The translations under genes were made by a program, and so were the position numbers. From Azolla caroliniana (Eukaryota; Plantae; Polypodiophyta), in contig JBHGNT010000015.1 of assembly GCA_043228905.1 (NCBI GenBank), positions 15,314,001-15,378,000 of the forward strand: DNA of 64,000 bases, in the 5' to 3' direction. The notes below the pieces were generated by a model, which saw only the letters and a list, made by a program, of their open reading frames with translations, made no database searches and was not told the DNA's origin. Below, one piece after another: positions 23,401 through 34,892 of the stretch. Each line of letters begins with the position of its first letter. Positions within the stretch are counted from its first letter, which is position 1.

Positions 23401-25752
23401 GCCACAGACGTCCGAATGGACTAAGTCGAGAGGTCTCGTTTCTCTTGGTGCTGATGTCGGGTGTGATGCGGCTGCTTGTTTGCCATACTGGCAGTGCTCG
23501 CAAAATTGATGGTCCGAGAAGGAGAGTTTGGGGATGTATCCGGCTCTAGATAGGTGCGTGATGCCGGCCTTGCTGAGGTGTCCCAGTCTTCGGTGCCATA
23601 ATGATGACACAGGAATATCCACCAAAAACAGGTTACCCTCTCTGAGCGTAACATGTAACGGATACAGTGAGTGTATCTTGGGTCCTCTAGCAAGCAGGAG
23701 GTTCCCCCTGTGGAGTGTCCACCCTCCCGAAGAAAAGCCGGCACGAATGCCGTCTTCATCTAGTTGTCCGACTGAGATCAATGGCCTTGAGAGCTCGGGT
23801 ACATGTCGGACATTGTGGAGTACAAGTGTAGAGCCACCTGCAAGGTTGAGCTCTACTGTGCCGATTCCGATGATGTCACAGTGTTGTGAGTTGCCGACCC
23901 GAACTGAGTCGGAGTGACGGATCGTATATTGCCGAAATTGGGACCGATGAGGAGTCACATGAAATGACGCACCCGAATCCAAGAGCCATGTGCTCGATTC
24001 TTCAGTCGTGAGCAGAACTTCTGAGCCGACTGGATGTTCGATTGATAGTATATTCGGGTCGTCCGGTAGTACATCAGCCGAGAAGCTGACGTAATTGATC
24101 TCCTCATGCCGGCCACTCTTCTTGTTGTTCTTGTTCTTGAGTGCGCGGCAGTCGGCTTTGATGTGTCCGGGTTTCTTGCAATAGTTGCAGATTCGGTTAT
24201 CCCGTGACTGGCTCCGTCTTCGCTGATTGTTCGGCGGCCGTGAGGAATCTCGTCCTCGTATGTTCGATCGGTCTGTCGAACCTTGTACTACATAAGCGTC
24301 GTCTGTTGAGTCTTTGGCAAAAGACTTTCTCCGAGCTGCTTCAGTCAGGATTGCGCTCGTGACTTCGGAGTATTTAACAGCCGTGGTTGACGCGTTGCAC
24401 ACGGTTGTGACGAAAGTTTCCCATGATGAGGGAAGGCTGCTCATGAGTATCATTGCTCTGAGTTCATCCTCGATTGCCGTCCCCTGTGACGAGATTTGGG
24501 AGCTTATGCTTTCGTACTCATTGAGGTGTGCTTGAACCGAATCGGATTCTTTCATCCGCAAGTTGTAGAGGCGCCGGATCAGAAACATCTTCGTTGCGGC
24601 GACCTTCTTTTCGTAAGTGTCCGACAGTGTTTTCCACAGTTCGAATGCTGTCGTACACGATTGCACCGTAAAGTATACCGATTCCGATAGGTGCATCCGA
24701 ATCGTGGCGCGGACGATTCTGTCCAGCTTTTGCCACTCAGTTGGTTTGTATCCTTCTGGAGGGTCTTCATTTTCGATGGGATCGATTTGCCCCTTGACTA
24801 TGAGATAGTCCTGCATTTGCTCCTTCCAGAAGTTGAAGTTCGATCCATCGAACTTGCGTAGACTCATTTCTGACGAGCCGGATGTTGATGCCATCAAATT
24901 CGGTTTCGGTTGACGAAGCTCGGTTCGGAGTTGACTACGAATCTTGTTGGAGTGCAGCCGGTTGGCTCACCCGATATCGTTCTAGTCGGATTTGAACCCG
25001 AGTCGGTTCGGCTTCGGAACTTGCTCGAATTGACTCCGGTAACTTGAGGGACAGAACCGACTGGTCTTCCCGAATGTTGCCGAGTCGGAGTGAGCCCGGT
25101 TCGCTTCGGATATATGTGCCGAATACCGATTATTGAAACCGATTATCTGGACCGATTCGGCTTCGGGTGACTGCAGCGACGAGAGATACGGATCCGAGTG
25201 ATCCTCCCGAATGTCGATCAGCCAGATGAAGCATGAATTTGGGTTGTTGTCAAAGTTGCACAAGGGGATTTCACCTCGAGCGGTTACGATCACAAGGGAC
25301 AGAGTACAACCTGCTGGCTTACTCCAAGCAAGGGGATCTAACGCGATGAGGTGCAAACCTCGTTTTCGTTCTTCTTCTCTCTTTCTTCGAATGACGCAGG
25401 AAACCGAATGCAGAGACGACGACCGACAGCGGATTGAAGGACCGACTACTGTGCAGGCTCTGATACCAGATGTTGGAAGCAATGTCGTCTGTGCGGAAGA
25501 TCAAGAAGCACTCGATTCCTGTTTATTCCCTGTGAATGACAGAATGTAGGTCGTTGCACAGAGAGAGAGAGAGAGAGAGGCACAAAAAAGTCTTTCTATT
25601 GCATAAACTAGAATACAACAACCAACCTCACAAAGAGGTTACAAGGTCACTATATATAGTGACCAACTTAGGGCAACTACCCTTTATGCTAATTACATAA
25701 ATGACCAAAACGGGATAGTGTGAATACGTCCATTATACACATGTATTCGACA
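20406..25752 (-). mobile_element. Ty1/copia LTR retrotransposon E, intact and very young
   Basis: 282-bp LTRs 25471-25752 and 20406-20687 with one visible substitution. TSD CTCCT at 20401-20405 and 25753-25757. iMet PBS at 25457-25468. PPT at 20688-20694. Confidence 0.97.
20881..24894 (-). CDS. Copia E gag-pol polyprotein (~1337 aa), uninterrupted
   Basis: ATG 24894. CNYCKKPGHIKADC knuckle, LLDSGAS protease, HSDVCGP/DNGGEF integrase, YVDDML RT, RNase H. Confidence 0.95.
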   Translation of the reverse strand: MASTSGSSEMSLRKFDGSNFNFWKEQMQDYLIVKGQIDPIENEDPPEGYKPTEWQKLDRIVRATIRMHLSESVYFTVQSCTTAFELWKTLSDTYEKKVAATKMFLIRRLYNLRMKESDSVQAHLNEYESISSQISSQGTAIEDELRAMILMSSLPSSWETFVTTVCNASTTAVKYSEVTSAILTEAARRKSFAKDSTDDAYVVQGSTDRSNIRGRDSSRPPNNQRRRSQSRDNRICNYCKKPGHIKADCRALKNKNNKKSGRHEEINYVSFSADVLPDDPNILSIEHPVGSEVLLTTEESSTWLLDSGASFHVTPHRSQFRQYTIRHSDSVRVGNSQHCDIIGIGTVELNLAGGSTLVLHNVRHVPELSRPLISVGQLDEDGIRAGFSSGGWTLHRGNLLLARGPKIHSLYPLHVTLREGNLFLVDIPVSSLWHRRLGHLSKAGITHLSRAGYIPKLSFSDHQFCEHCQYGKQAAASHPTSAPRETRPLDLVHSDVCGPMPHQSLGGASYFVTFIDDSTRKVWAYPIRTKDRVFSIFTDWLAMVENQTDRKLKCLRTDNGGEFKSEEFVKFCRQRGIRREFTAPHSPEQNGIAERMNRTIQERIVSMLQHSGLSDGFWAEALLTAVHIINMSPSRPLGLQIPQELWIGSKPNYDKLRIFGCEAYALIPKDDRRKLAPRSRKCIFLGYGSDGEMGYRLWDPEHRQIVRSSDVVFNESAMNPSVEKPIEVRRVTFSDVPTLQEGPALNTRSASRVAEPYTTDSDNSDSAQPNVSVSDHPTSIPDATSPIIPRRSERLSQPPERYSPGIFFTDAGEPTSYEEASTSVDSATWHLAMESEMHSIRANKTWDLVELPRNRRALPCKWVYRLKETSDSTTPKYKARLVAKGFRQEYGVDFDEIFSPVVKMTTLRFLLGVVAADNLELIQLDVKTAFLHGDLEEEIYMEQPKGFVAPGQEHLVCRLRKSLYGLKQAPRQWYKKFDDFIQSIGFSKSDEDHCLFTNTAQDGSPIFLIIYVDDMLISGRHSGELADLVRQLRLKFAMKDLGPARHILGMKISRHRDQRHLFLSQTDYIGRVLERFNMQSAKSASTPLPMNLRLSQRDCPTSGPEGEDMKSVPYAPAVGSLMYLMVATRPDISHAVGVVSRFMHNPGRSHWNAVKHVFRYLAGTKDHGILFGSNRTSGVVGYTDSDFAGCIDSRKSTTGYCFKFGNGAISWKSKLQECTATSTTEAEYVAASDAAKEALWLGRLAHTFRQVDHDSAPVVYSDSQGAVALSKNPVHHNASKHIDVRYHFVRDCVISGKIGLEKISTTDNVADGMTKCLSADRFRSLRHQMGVTTNQSG

Positions 25753-26663
25753 CTCCTCCTCCTCTATTAGGATCCCCTCATTCCACTAAGACCTTCCACT
25801 TCTCTATTAGGACCTTTTTCTAAGAATATCACTTCCTCTTGTATAAGTTTTTTCATCTTCCTCGTTCACGTTATTTTTAGGAGCTTTTTATCTCTTAATT
25901 TTAGCTAAGATCCATCGACCTTCTAATCGTCATATCTCCCTCATCCGAGCTCCAAATTTAGAGATTTAAAAAGCTATAGATAGCTCTCTTTACACGCTTT
26001 CTAACCTATATTTAAACGTGACATTTGGGTTACAAACGAAAGAGTTTTGACCATTCCTTTTTTACTGTTTTTTATGGCCCTCTTTTTCTCTTTTTACTTT
26101 TCTCTATGTATCTTACTTTTACTTTTGACTTCTTCTTAAGATATTGGTTCGTGTTCTTAGCCTCCAAATGTGAATGCTCCATACCTTATAGTCTTCTAAT
26201 GTCCAATGGCTTGATTTCTAAAAACAGTTTCACATTTAGCCCTCCCCCTTGCTTGTTGAGTGAACCATTTATGGTCAGCCGAAAAGAAAAAAGAAAAAGA
26301 ATCTCCTTCGCCTTATGGTAGGCTATAGACAATGAAGGAGTACAAATACTAAAAATATAACAAATTATTGTGTGAGAAAAAACCCCCGTTACGCGGTAGG
26401 GAAAAAATCTCACACTTCTAGACACACACACACACACATTGACAATTGCCATCACCATCACCATCTGAGGTTTAGAAGCCCTCAGATGCTCCCTAAGCGA
26501 AGACGAGTGTGCAAAGCCATTGGAAGAACTTATGGTAGAGATGGTGTGGCTCCATAAGAATAGAGGGATGAGGATGACTAGCAGGAAAAGATGATGGGTT
26601 CTTGTCCAAAACACCATAGTTGCCCTTCAAGAAGTGTGAAGCTTCTCGTCTAGACTCTAGATA

Positions 26664-26673
26664 AAGAAGAAGA

Positions 26674-26714
<41 letters not shown>

Positions 26715-26743
26715 AAGAAGAAGAAGAAGAAGAAGAAGAAGAA
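26664..26743. repeat. Compound microsatellite (GAA)n(GTA)n(GAA)n
   Basis: Read directly from the sequence. Confidence 0.95.
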
Positions 26744-27229
26744 AATCAAAGGCCAAAAAGACAAGGAAGACTTGGTCTTCTTCAATAATTTCAATTCTTG
26801 ACTTATAGTCACTTCGGAGGTCTGTCGGGAATCGAGATAGACTTTTACACGTTTAGAGTAAAGTAGTCGACAAGTTGTCTTGCATAGTACATTCATTGTC
26901 GCGGAGTTACATGTGTGTACAATGTGTGTGTGTGTGAGTGAGAGAGAGATTCAACATGTTCCACTACCCATGTAGTGTAGTGTAGTTAGTGGGTGACAAA
27001 ACTTCATGGCCACACCCATTGTAAGTAGTGTTTTTTACACACATATATTAATATAATTGTGTTTCTTCACCAAAAGAGAGAGAGAGAGAGAGATTGAGAA
27101 TAGTGATAGACTTTAACACGTTTAGAGTAAAGTTGTCGACAAGTTCTCTTTAGAAGTACATACATTGTCCTGGAATTAAATGCGTGTGTGTGTGTTGAGA
27201 GAGAGAGAGAGAGAGAGACTTATCTTTTT

Positions 27230-28820
27230 GCTAGGGCAAAATGCAACCTCTCATGTCATGCTTAATGGTGAAGTCACTCCGAAAGTGTTTCTTACTAGAT
27301 CCGTGCGGCAATGATATCCACTAAGCCCATTGTTATTTGTTATTGTTACACATCCTTTGTTAGTAATGTTGTCAAATCTTGCAACCAGTGGTGATAGTGT
27401 GAGTTTGCATCTTCCTTCTAGTGGACAATTGGTGGCACAAGCATTGACAGATGATTCTTTTATGTTTTTACAAGCCTCAAAAGAAAATCTTAAAAGGAGT
27501 ATGCAAGTTTGGGTCAATTTGCTTTGGCTTGAGGGTTGTATATAAATTGGAGGAAGTCTCGCCTTATTTCTTGTACGGAGAGTGATTTGGAATGTTTGGG
27601 ATGCGAGGGTCAGTGATTACATGAGGTTCAATTTATCGACATTTGGGTTATTCATTGGGCATTGATGTTACAAATGTTCAATTGATTGATTGGATTGGTA
27701 GTAAATTGAGGGACAAATTTATGTATTGGAAGTCTCAATTATGGCCCTTTCATGTACGACTCAAAGTGGTGCATTGTATATTGATACCCATGTTAGTATA
27801 TTTTTGCATTTACTTCCTTGGACGAACAAGGCATTACAAAGCATGTTACAACCTATTCAGTTCATGTTGTGGCGGAAGGAAGAAATGATGAAGTTACATG
27901 GATTTCATGGGACCATTTGGCTACTCCTAAAAGGTTAGGTGGTGCAACAATATTGGATTTGGAAAGGCATTTGATGGCTCGTAGATTTACATTATTACGA
28001 GATATATGTCAACAAGATCAACCATGGATATCTATGATACAATATTTTATTAAGCATGAAGGATTGGTGCATGGGAAAACAAAGATTCAAGCATCATGGT
28101 GGTCACTACTGAATGGAAGTATTCCTCTAAAGATTCGACATTTTGTATGTGGACAACATTTGGTAAGATTGTGGCAAGATGCATTATCTCTTTTTGAATG
28201 GGGACCATCAAGTGATCGAGAATATTGTAATTCATTACAAAACGAATTGCTTGTTTCTTCTTGAGTGTTGTTTTGGCATAGGAAAGAGAAATTGAGATCT
28301 CAATTCAATCATTTATTTCGATTGGGGATTGTACATTTGGAAGATGTGGTTGATAATGAATCTCAAAGGTTGTCGGATTTTGAAGATGCCAAGAGATGGT
28401 TATGTATTCCCCCAAATTATGGATTTATTTGGGAGAAATTACATGATATACCATTGTTGCAAGGATCTTTGCCATTGAAAACCAAATTTGCACCTTGGGT
28501 AGTTTGGCGGTTACAAGATGGTACACACTTGTTACAGGTCACTACAAATATATTATATCATCATGCGATGGCATCATTATCTTGGCTATCTCCTAAAGCA
28601 ATGAAGTTGTGGAATGTATATAAGTCAAATACAAGGTGGTGAAAAATATTACAACGTGGTTAGCATTCCCATCTACCATTTCATGCAAAGGTATTCATAT
28701 GGAGAGTCGTGATTGGTGGGCTCCCATTAGGTTCGGCCTTAAAGAGACGAGAACTAGGGTCCGGCACTTGTTTCTTTTGCACCGTTCCATTGGAAGATAG
28801 TACACATAGGTTCATTAAAT
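27230..28820 (+). mobile_element. Decayed L1-type LINE ORF2 remnant (RT C-terminal half to zf-RVT)
   Basis: SVRQ*YPLSPLLFVIV (QGCPLSP motif), ALTDDS (YADD equivalent), WISWDHLATPKRLGG, KVFIWR...CFFCTVPLEDSTHRFIKC. Multiple stops and frameshifts. Confidence 0.85.
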
Positions 28821-31800
28821 GTCGGTTCCTCCGTATCGGTGTCAACTTCCGTTGCCTTCTCATCCGCTTGGCCTTTAGTTGATCCGGTTCTTCCGAATCC
28901 AACTGTTGAACCGAATCGGCTTCCTCTGATTCGTTCCAACTCTTGTCCGAGTTAGTAGCCTACAACTCGTCTTCCGTTTTTAGGCCCTTCACCACATCGG
29001 ACCATGTCCAGGTCTTGGCCTTCTTCCGGTCAGCTCTGTCCTACTTGACTCTGCCACCATTGCCGCTTGCTTCGACTTGTTCGGATGTGCTGACTCCTTC
29101 GGTCGGCTCGGCTTCCTTTATCTGCTCATCTCCCACCTTAGTTCTTTCTTCCTCTCCGGCTCCTTGTCTGGTGCCATCCATTCCCGTTCCTGTTCTCCCC
29201 CTCAAGTGCGGCACATCGAGATGCTGAATGCCGAGAATCTCCGAAAAATGTTGCAATTTGTCCGATCTGAGCGGCTTGATGAAGATGTCAACAACCTGTC
29301 GATCCATGTGAATATACCGAAATTCAACTTCACCACTTAGGACCCACTCATGAACAAAGTGATAATGCACTTCTATGTGCTTTGTCTGAGCATGAAACAC
29401 AGGGTTCTTGGCGAGCTGTATGCTGCTTACATTGTCACAATATATCGGGATTGGGGTCGGCACCTCAATCTGGAGGTCTCGCAGCAATTGCCAAAGCCAA
29501 ATGGCTTCACAAGTGACAATGGTAGCGTCCCAGTACTCAACCCCAATGCTCGACAGAATCACTGTTGGCTGATTTTTGTTGCTCCATGAAACAGTCGCGC
29601 TACTAAGAGAAAACATGTAACTAGAGGTGGATCGGCGATCCGATGCATCACCAGCCCAATCGACTAGCTTCCCAGTTATACCGTGTCGGTATAACAGTCC
29701 CCGGTCCTTCGTGCCGCTCACATATCGCAATAGTCGATGTGGGCACTGAAGATGCTCCTCGGTCGGCTTCTGCATAAATTGGATGATCACCCCGATTGGA
29801 TAACTGATGTCGGGTCAGGTGATCATTAAGTATATAATGCTTCCGACAATTTGTCGGAACCGTTTCTCATCGCATGTCGGTCCGGAGTCGGGACGTAGCT
29901 TCAGGTTCCGGTTTAGGGGTGTGGAGATCGGTCAACATTCCGTCATGCCGAACTTGTACAACATATTCAACACATAATGGCATTGTGAGAGCAATATGAA
30001 GGTCTGGATCACCTCGATCCCAAGAAAATAATGAAGTTCCCCTAGGTCCTTCATTTCAAATGCGTCCGACAACTAGAACTTCACTCTGCCGATTTCATCC
30101 AGTCCAGGTTCGGTGAGGACAAAATCATCAACATATAGTAGGATACAAACCGGACCGTCTGGACCTTTCCGGATGAACAGTGACGAGTCAGACTTTGAGG
30201 CTACAAACCCCACCTTACGCAACCAGTGCGTGATCTTCGCATTCCAAGCTCGAGGGGCTTGCTTCAGACTGTAAAGTGACTTCTTGGGTCGGCATACTGT
30301 CGACTTGTTCATCTCCGATTGGAAACCCGAGGGTTGGATCATATAGATCCGTTCTTCAAGGTCACCTTGAAGAAACACATTCTTCAAGTCCATTTGGTGA
30401 AGATGTCATCCCCTTGCCGCAACAACAGCCAGTACCACACGAACCATCATCATCTTCGCTACCGGAGCGAAGGTCTCGTCGTAGTCGATTTCGTGGGTCT
30501 GTGTGTATCCCTTTGCCACTAACCGGGCCTTGTACTGGTTGATCGAACCATCGACATTGTACTTCACCTTATATACCCATTTACAACCGATTGGTTTACA
30601 TTGTCAGGGAGGGTCAACCAGGTCCCATGTGTCATTGGCATCAAATGCCCGCATTTCTTCCTCAATAGCAGCACGCCAATTTGCGTCTTTTGTTGCTTCT
30701 GCGTAGCTCTCCAGCTCACGCACTTCTGCCACCTTAGTCATGTACGCATAGTGATGAGCCATATACTCATTGTACTCATACCTCATGACGGTTTTCTTCT
30801 GACGGGTTGACCGACGTAACTTTTCGTTACCCGGTTTGAGGCCCTTCTTGGCTGGTTCGAATTTCCTTTCTGAAGATCCGCCTTCTTCTTTTCCGGGGTC
30901 CGATTTGCTCCGATCCGATCCTTCACTACTGGTATCGTATTCTGACATCTTCTTCTTTCCCTTCTCTTTGTGCGTGAACCATCTCCTCGGTTCCTTGCAC
31001 GGGGAGAGCACGGCAGAGTCTCCACTACTTGCTGGTTCTTCATCTGACTGGTCATCTCGGCTCAGTCGCTCATTCGGCCCACTTAGCCGGAATAAGATCG
31101 AACTCTAATCTAGAGTACTGAGTTCTTCATCTTCTTCTTGAACCTCTCCGGGTTCACTAGCCTCATCCTTCGGAATCGGGTCTTCATCGTGTGTTGGAGT
31201 CGGCAGAGAGTACCATGATGTCGATTCATCAAACTCGACGTCTCGACTTAGTCGGACCTGTTTAGTCTGGGGTTATAACACTTATACCCCTTCTGTTCAT
31301 GCGAGTAGCTGATGAGTATGCACTTTTCCAACTTCCTCCACTTCTCATTCGGTATATGCACACATGTTATGCTACCGAATATCCGAAGGTGTCTCAAATT
31401 CGGCCTCCGCCCGAAATACAACTCATGTGTTGACACCTTATCTCCGATCCGGTTTTGGATGTAGATGGTCGTCCAGACCGCCTCAACCCAGTAGAACCGG
31501 GGCATGTTTTTCTCTTCCAGCATTGCCCTTGCCGCGTCTACAATCGACCGGAATTGGCAGGAAAAGTATTATTTCCGCCATCTGATCGCAAGCACTTGAT
31601 CTTCCTCTCTATTTCCCTTTTGACTAAGCTTTGAAGGTTCCGGAAACAGTCGAAGACTTTGCTTTTATTCTCGATGAGGTAGATCCACGTATGCCGGTTG
31701 TCGTCGTCGATGAAGGAGACGAAATACCGACTCCCGCCAAGACTAACATTTTGTGCCGGTCCCCATACATCCGAATGGATTAAGTCGAGCTTTTTACGGC

Positions 31801-32932
31801 TCCGATTCGTTCGGTGGGGAATGGAAGCCGGTGTTGCTTCCCGAGTTGGCAGGCTTCACATATTTGAACCTTTTGGCCACTAAACTTCAGCAATCCGAAC
31901 ACAACTTGTTTCGATTGCAGATCTTGAAGCCTCCGATCCACTTATGCCAGAGATCGATGTCCGATTCAATTTTCTGTCCAATGGCAAACATGGCAGTGCT
32001 GACGTCATTTGTGTTGAGGATGACAACATCCTCCCTTCTCGGCACCCTTGAGCGATTATCCGGCCTTCTTCCTCGATGAAGCACCGGAGGTGCATAAACC
32101 GCACCTGCATTCCCTGGTTGACGATTTGTTCGACCGACACCAGGTTCTTTGTGATTGTCGGAACGTGTAGTACATTCATCAGCTTTCCCTTTTGTCCAAC
32201 ATGACATAAAGGGACTTCTCTGACATTCACAATCGGCTGAGGAGTGTCATCTTCGGTTTTGACTGTTGTACGTTGTCGTGAAGAAAACCGTCCCTTAGCG
32301 TAATCGGTGCATAGCGCGCATGAACCGGCTCTTCACGCGTGCGCGCCCTTTAATGTATATAATAGAGAATTAGGTACAAAGGTATATCCTAGGTAGTTAG
32401 ATTCGGTAGGTAGGAAGTTAATGAGGGAAACGGCTCCCTTCTTGAAGCTATAAAAGAGAGGGAGACGCGGGGAGAGAGGATAAATTATTTTTTTTGAGGA
32501 GGACGAAGTGTTGTCGAACCGAAACCGAACGCTTCTCCTCTGTTCGTTCTCCATCGCTCTTCTCTACAAGTTTTCGGGAGGCTCGCGCTGCTTCAAGGAA
32601 CGCCCGTGTGCTTCCGGCAGCACCTCCATCCTATCCCCTTTCGTGCGCAGACGAGCAGGCATCGGCATCTGTTCGCCGGCCTGTTCGGTTGTAACCGCTC
32701 GCGTGCTCTGTTGTTTATGTGTCATTCGTTAATATACAAACATTCGTGTCTCTCTGTCTCTGTGTCCATTCGTGTCTTCCGCGTTGACGGGCCGTGTCCC
32801 TGTGTTTCTTTGCTCATACGTAACCGGGCGTCTCTCTCTTTCTCTTTCCCCTTCTATCGCCTGCTCTTCGGTTCAAGACCCCGGTGGTCCCGCCTCATTT
32901 CTCCACGCACGCGCGTAGTAACGCGACATCTT

Positions 32933-32950
32933 TGGTGAACCCGACGTGAA
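32933..32950 (+). promoter_or_regulatory. Primer-binding site complementary to tRNA-Trp
   Basis: TGGTGAACCCGACGTGAA, 4 nt after the LTR, is the reverse complement of the recalled plant tRNA-Trp 3' end ...TTCACGTCGGGTTCACCA. Confidence 0.85.
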
Positions 32951-32972
32951 CAAGGCGGCAGAGGAGCAGAAG

Positions 32973-34892
32973 ATGAGGGGGTCGGATCTTGCAGAGGCCA
33001 TGGCTTCGGCCGTGGACCGGATAGTGAGCGCGCGCGAGGGCACCGGCGCCCTTGACAGGGCTATTGAGGCGATCGTCGGTACGATCGGCCGGTTCAGTGG
33101 AAAGGATGCCACGAGTTATTTGGCGTCCTACCAGGCGGAGATGTTGATGAGGGATATTCCAGAAGAGAAGCGTCCTGCCGGATTCCCTCGAGTGGCGATG
33201 CCGGGCATCCATGCGGAGGTGCTCGAGGTCCGGGCGGAGAGCCGGACCTGGGAGGAGTTCGAAGGACGGCTCCTGGAGAAATAAGGGTTGGATAACGCGC
33301 TTCGACTTTCGAAGCGGGGCTTCATAGAGTGGGTGGAGTCCCCCAACAAAGGAAGAAATGTGTCGGTACTCCTCCGGGAGTTTGAGGAACGCTTTGCGCG
33401 CCTTTCGGCGCTCGATCGGACCGTTCTTGACACAAGTCGTGTCCTACTGTTTGTCAAATAGGTTGACACACGGGATCGGGAGCAAGTGGGCTCCTTACTG
33501 GAAACCGAAGACGGGCTGACGACCGACTGGGCCGCGGTAAAAAGAGTTTGCGGCCGTTTTGACAAACGGTGGGAGTGGGCTGATACAGGGGCGACCGGGG
33601 CGGGTCCTGTCGCAGCAAGGAAGCTCGAACTGATACCACAGGCGCGAAGGGAAGAGACCCGGGAGTGGCTCGAAAGGCCCGACCTTTTCATTCCTCCTCA
33701 CCCGACCTTCCCACAAGTACTGACCAGCGATATCCAAAGGGCCCTGAACTGAAACGACGGGTGAGGAGGAATGAAAAGGCTGATGGAAGAGGCGGCGGCC
33801 CGGCACGCGGAGACCGTCCACTACTCGGCGTCAGTCGGTATTCGGGTCGGAGGCAGCGAGGCCCGGAAGGAGAGCAAAGCCGGGTTCTGGCCGACGATGC
33901 TGGAAGGCCTCGCCGGTGCCCGACTAAGGAAAGACGAGGCGGACCGCGCAGAGAAGCGGGTCCAGGAGGTAACCGGGTGGAGTGACCCAGTCGAAGAAAA
34001 GACGGGTTTCGTCGAAGCACCTTGCCAGAACTACGAGGCTCTGGTTGAAGACAAACGGGTAGGTAAAACCAGAGGGGCCGGACCCTCACAGAGATACGAA
34101 ACCCGATTCAGGCCGAAACAGAACGAGGCCGGTGAGACCAGTGCCCGGGATAACCACAAGAAGGACGAATACCGGTTGGGCACGGAGATCGAAAGGACCA
34201 CGGATCTACGAAAGGTCCTAGAAGAATGAATCCTCGACAGCAAGGTGGAATTGTCGTTGCGGGAGGTGCCCGGAATCACCAAGAAGGAGTTCCACGACTC
34301 CATCGTAGACTTGGTGAAGAGGAAGAGGCTGTCAACGGAGACAGAACTGGAAAGGCCGGTGGAGGTGCGGATGACGCACATAGAGGACATGGCGCTGGAA
34401 GACGAGTGGGCGGAGAGCCACTATTCGAGGCCACACTGGGCCCGAGCGACCACGGAAACCCCGGTGAAGATCGGAGATGTTCAGGAACCGGTGGTGGCGC
34501 TGGTGGACCACAGTTCGGAAATAAACCTGATGTCCATGGACTTCTACAAGAAGGGGAAATGGCCGATCAACACCAAGCATGGGTGGAAGATACGGGCGGC
34601 GACGCGCGCCACCGAGGAACTACACGGGGCCTGCCCAAACGTGCGAGTCAAGATCGGCAACGTCGAGATAGACCAACACTTCTTTGTGTAGGAGACGTCC
34701 TCGCACCAGGTCATACTGGGAGAACCGTACATTACGGCAGCATGGATGGAGACCAAGGTGTTGGACAACGGGTCGGCTTACGCGAGGGTCAAGAGTCAGG
34801 ACGGGCGTCATTCGGTCCAGTTCCTGACGGTGCGACCGAACCACGAGCGAAATCGCGAGTCCCTCGGTGGCGAGAACCGAGAGGATTTTTAG
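32973..34892 (+). pseudogene. Gypsy ORF1 gag-protease, one frame with about five premature stops
   Basis: ORF pieces starting 32946, 33486, 33771 and 34245 share one frame. Aspartic protease ALVDHSSEINLM...VILGEPY. Ends GAT TTT TAG. Confidence 0.8.

Larger units (their letters stand above)
20013..26030. mobile_element. Probable LTR-derived sequence with a degenerate tandem array (20161-20405 and 25753-25820), split by copia E; right end undefined
   Basis: Copia D stops abruptly and TGATAGGG begins at 20013. Repeated units ctaatcctcctcctcctctattaggatcccctccttccactaagacc occur on both sides of copia E. Confidence 0.45.
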
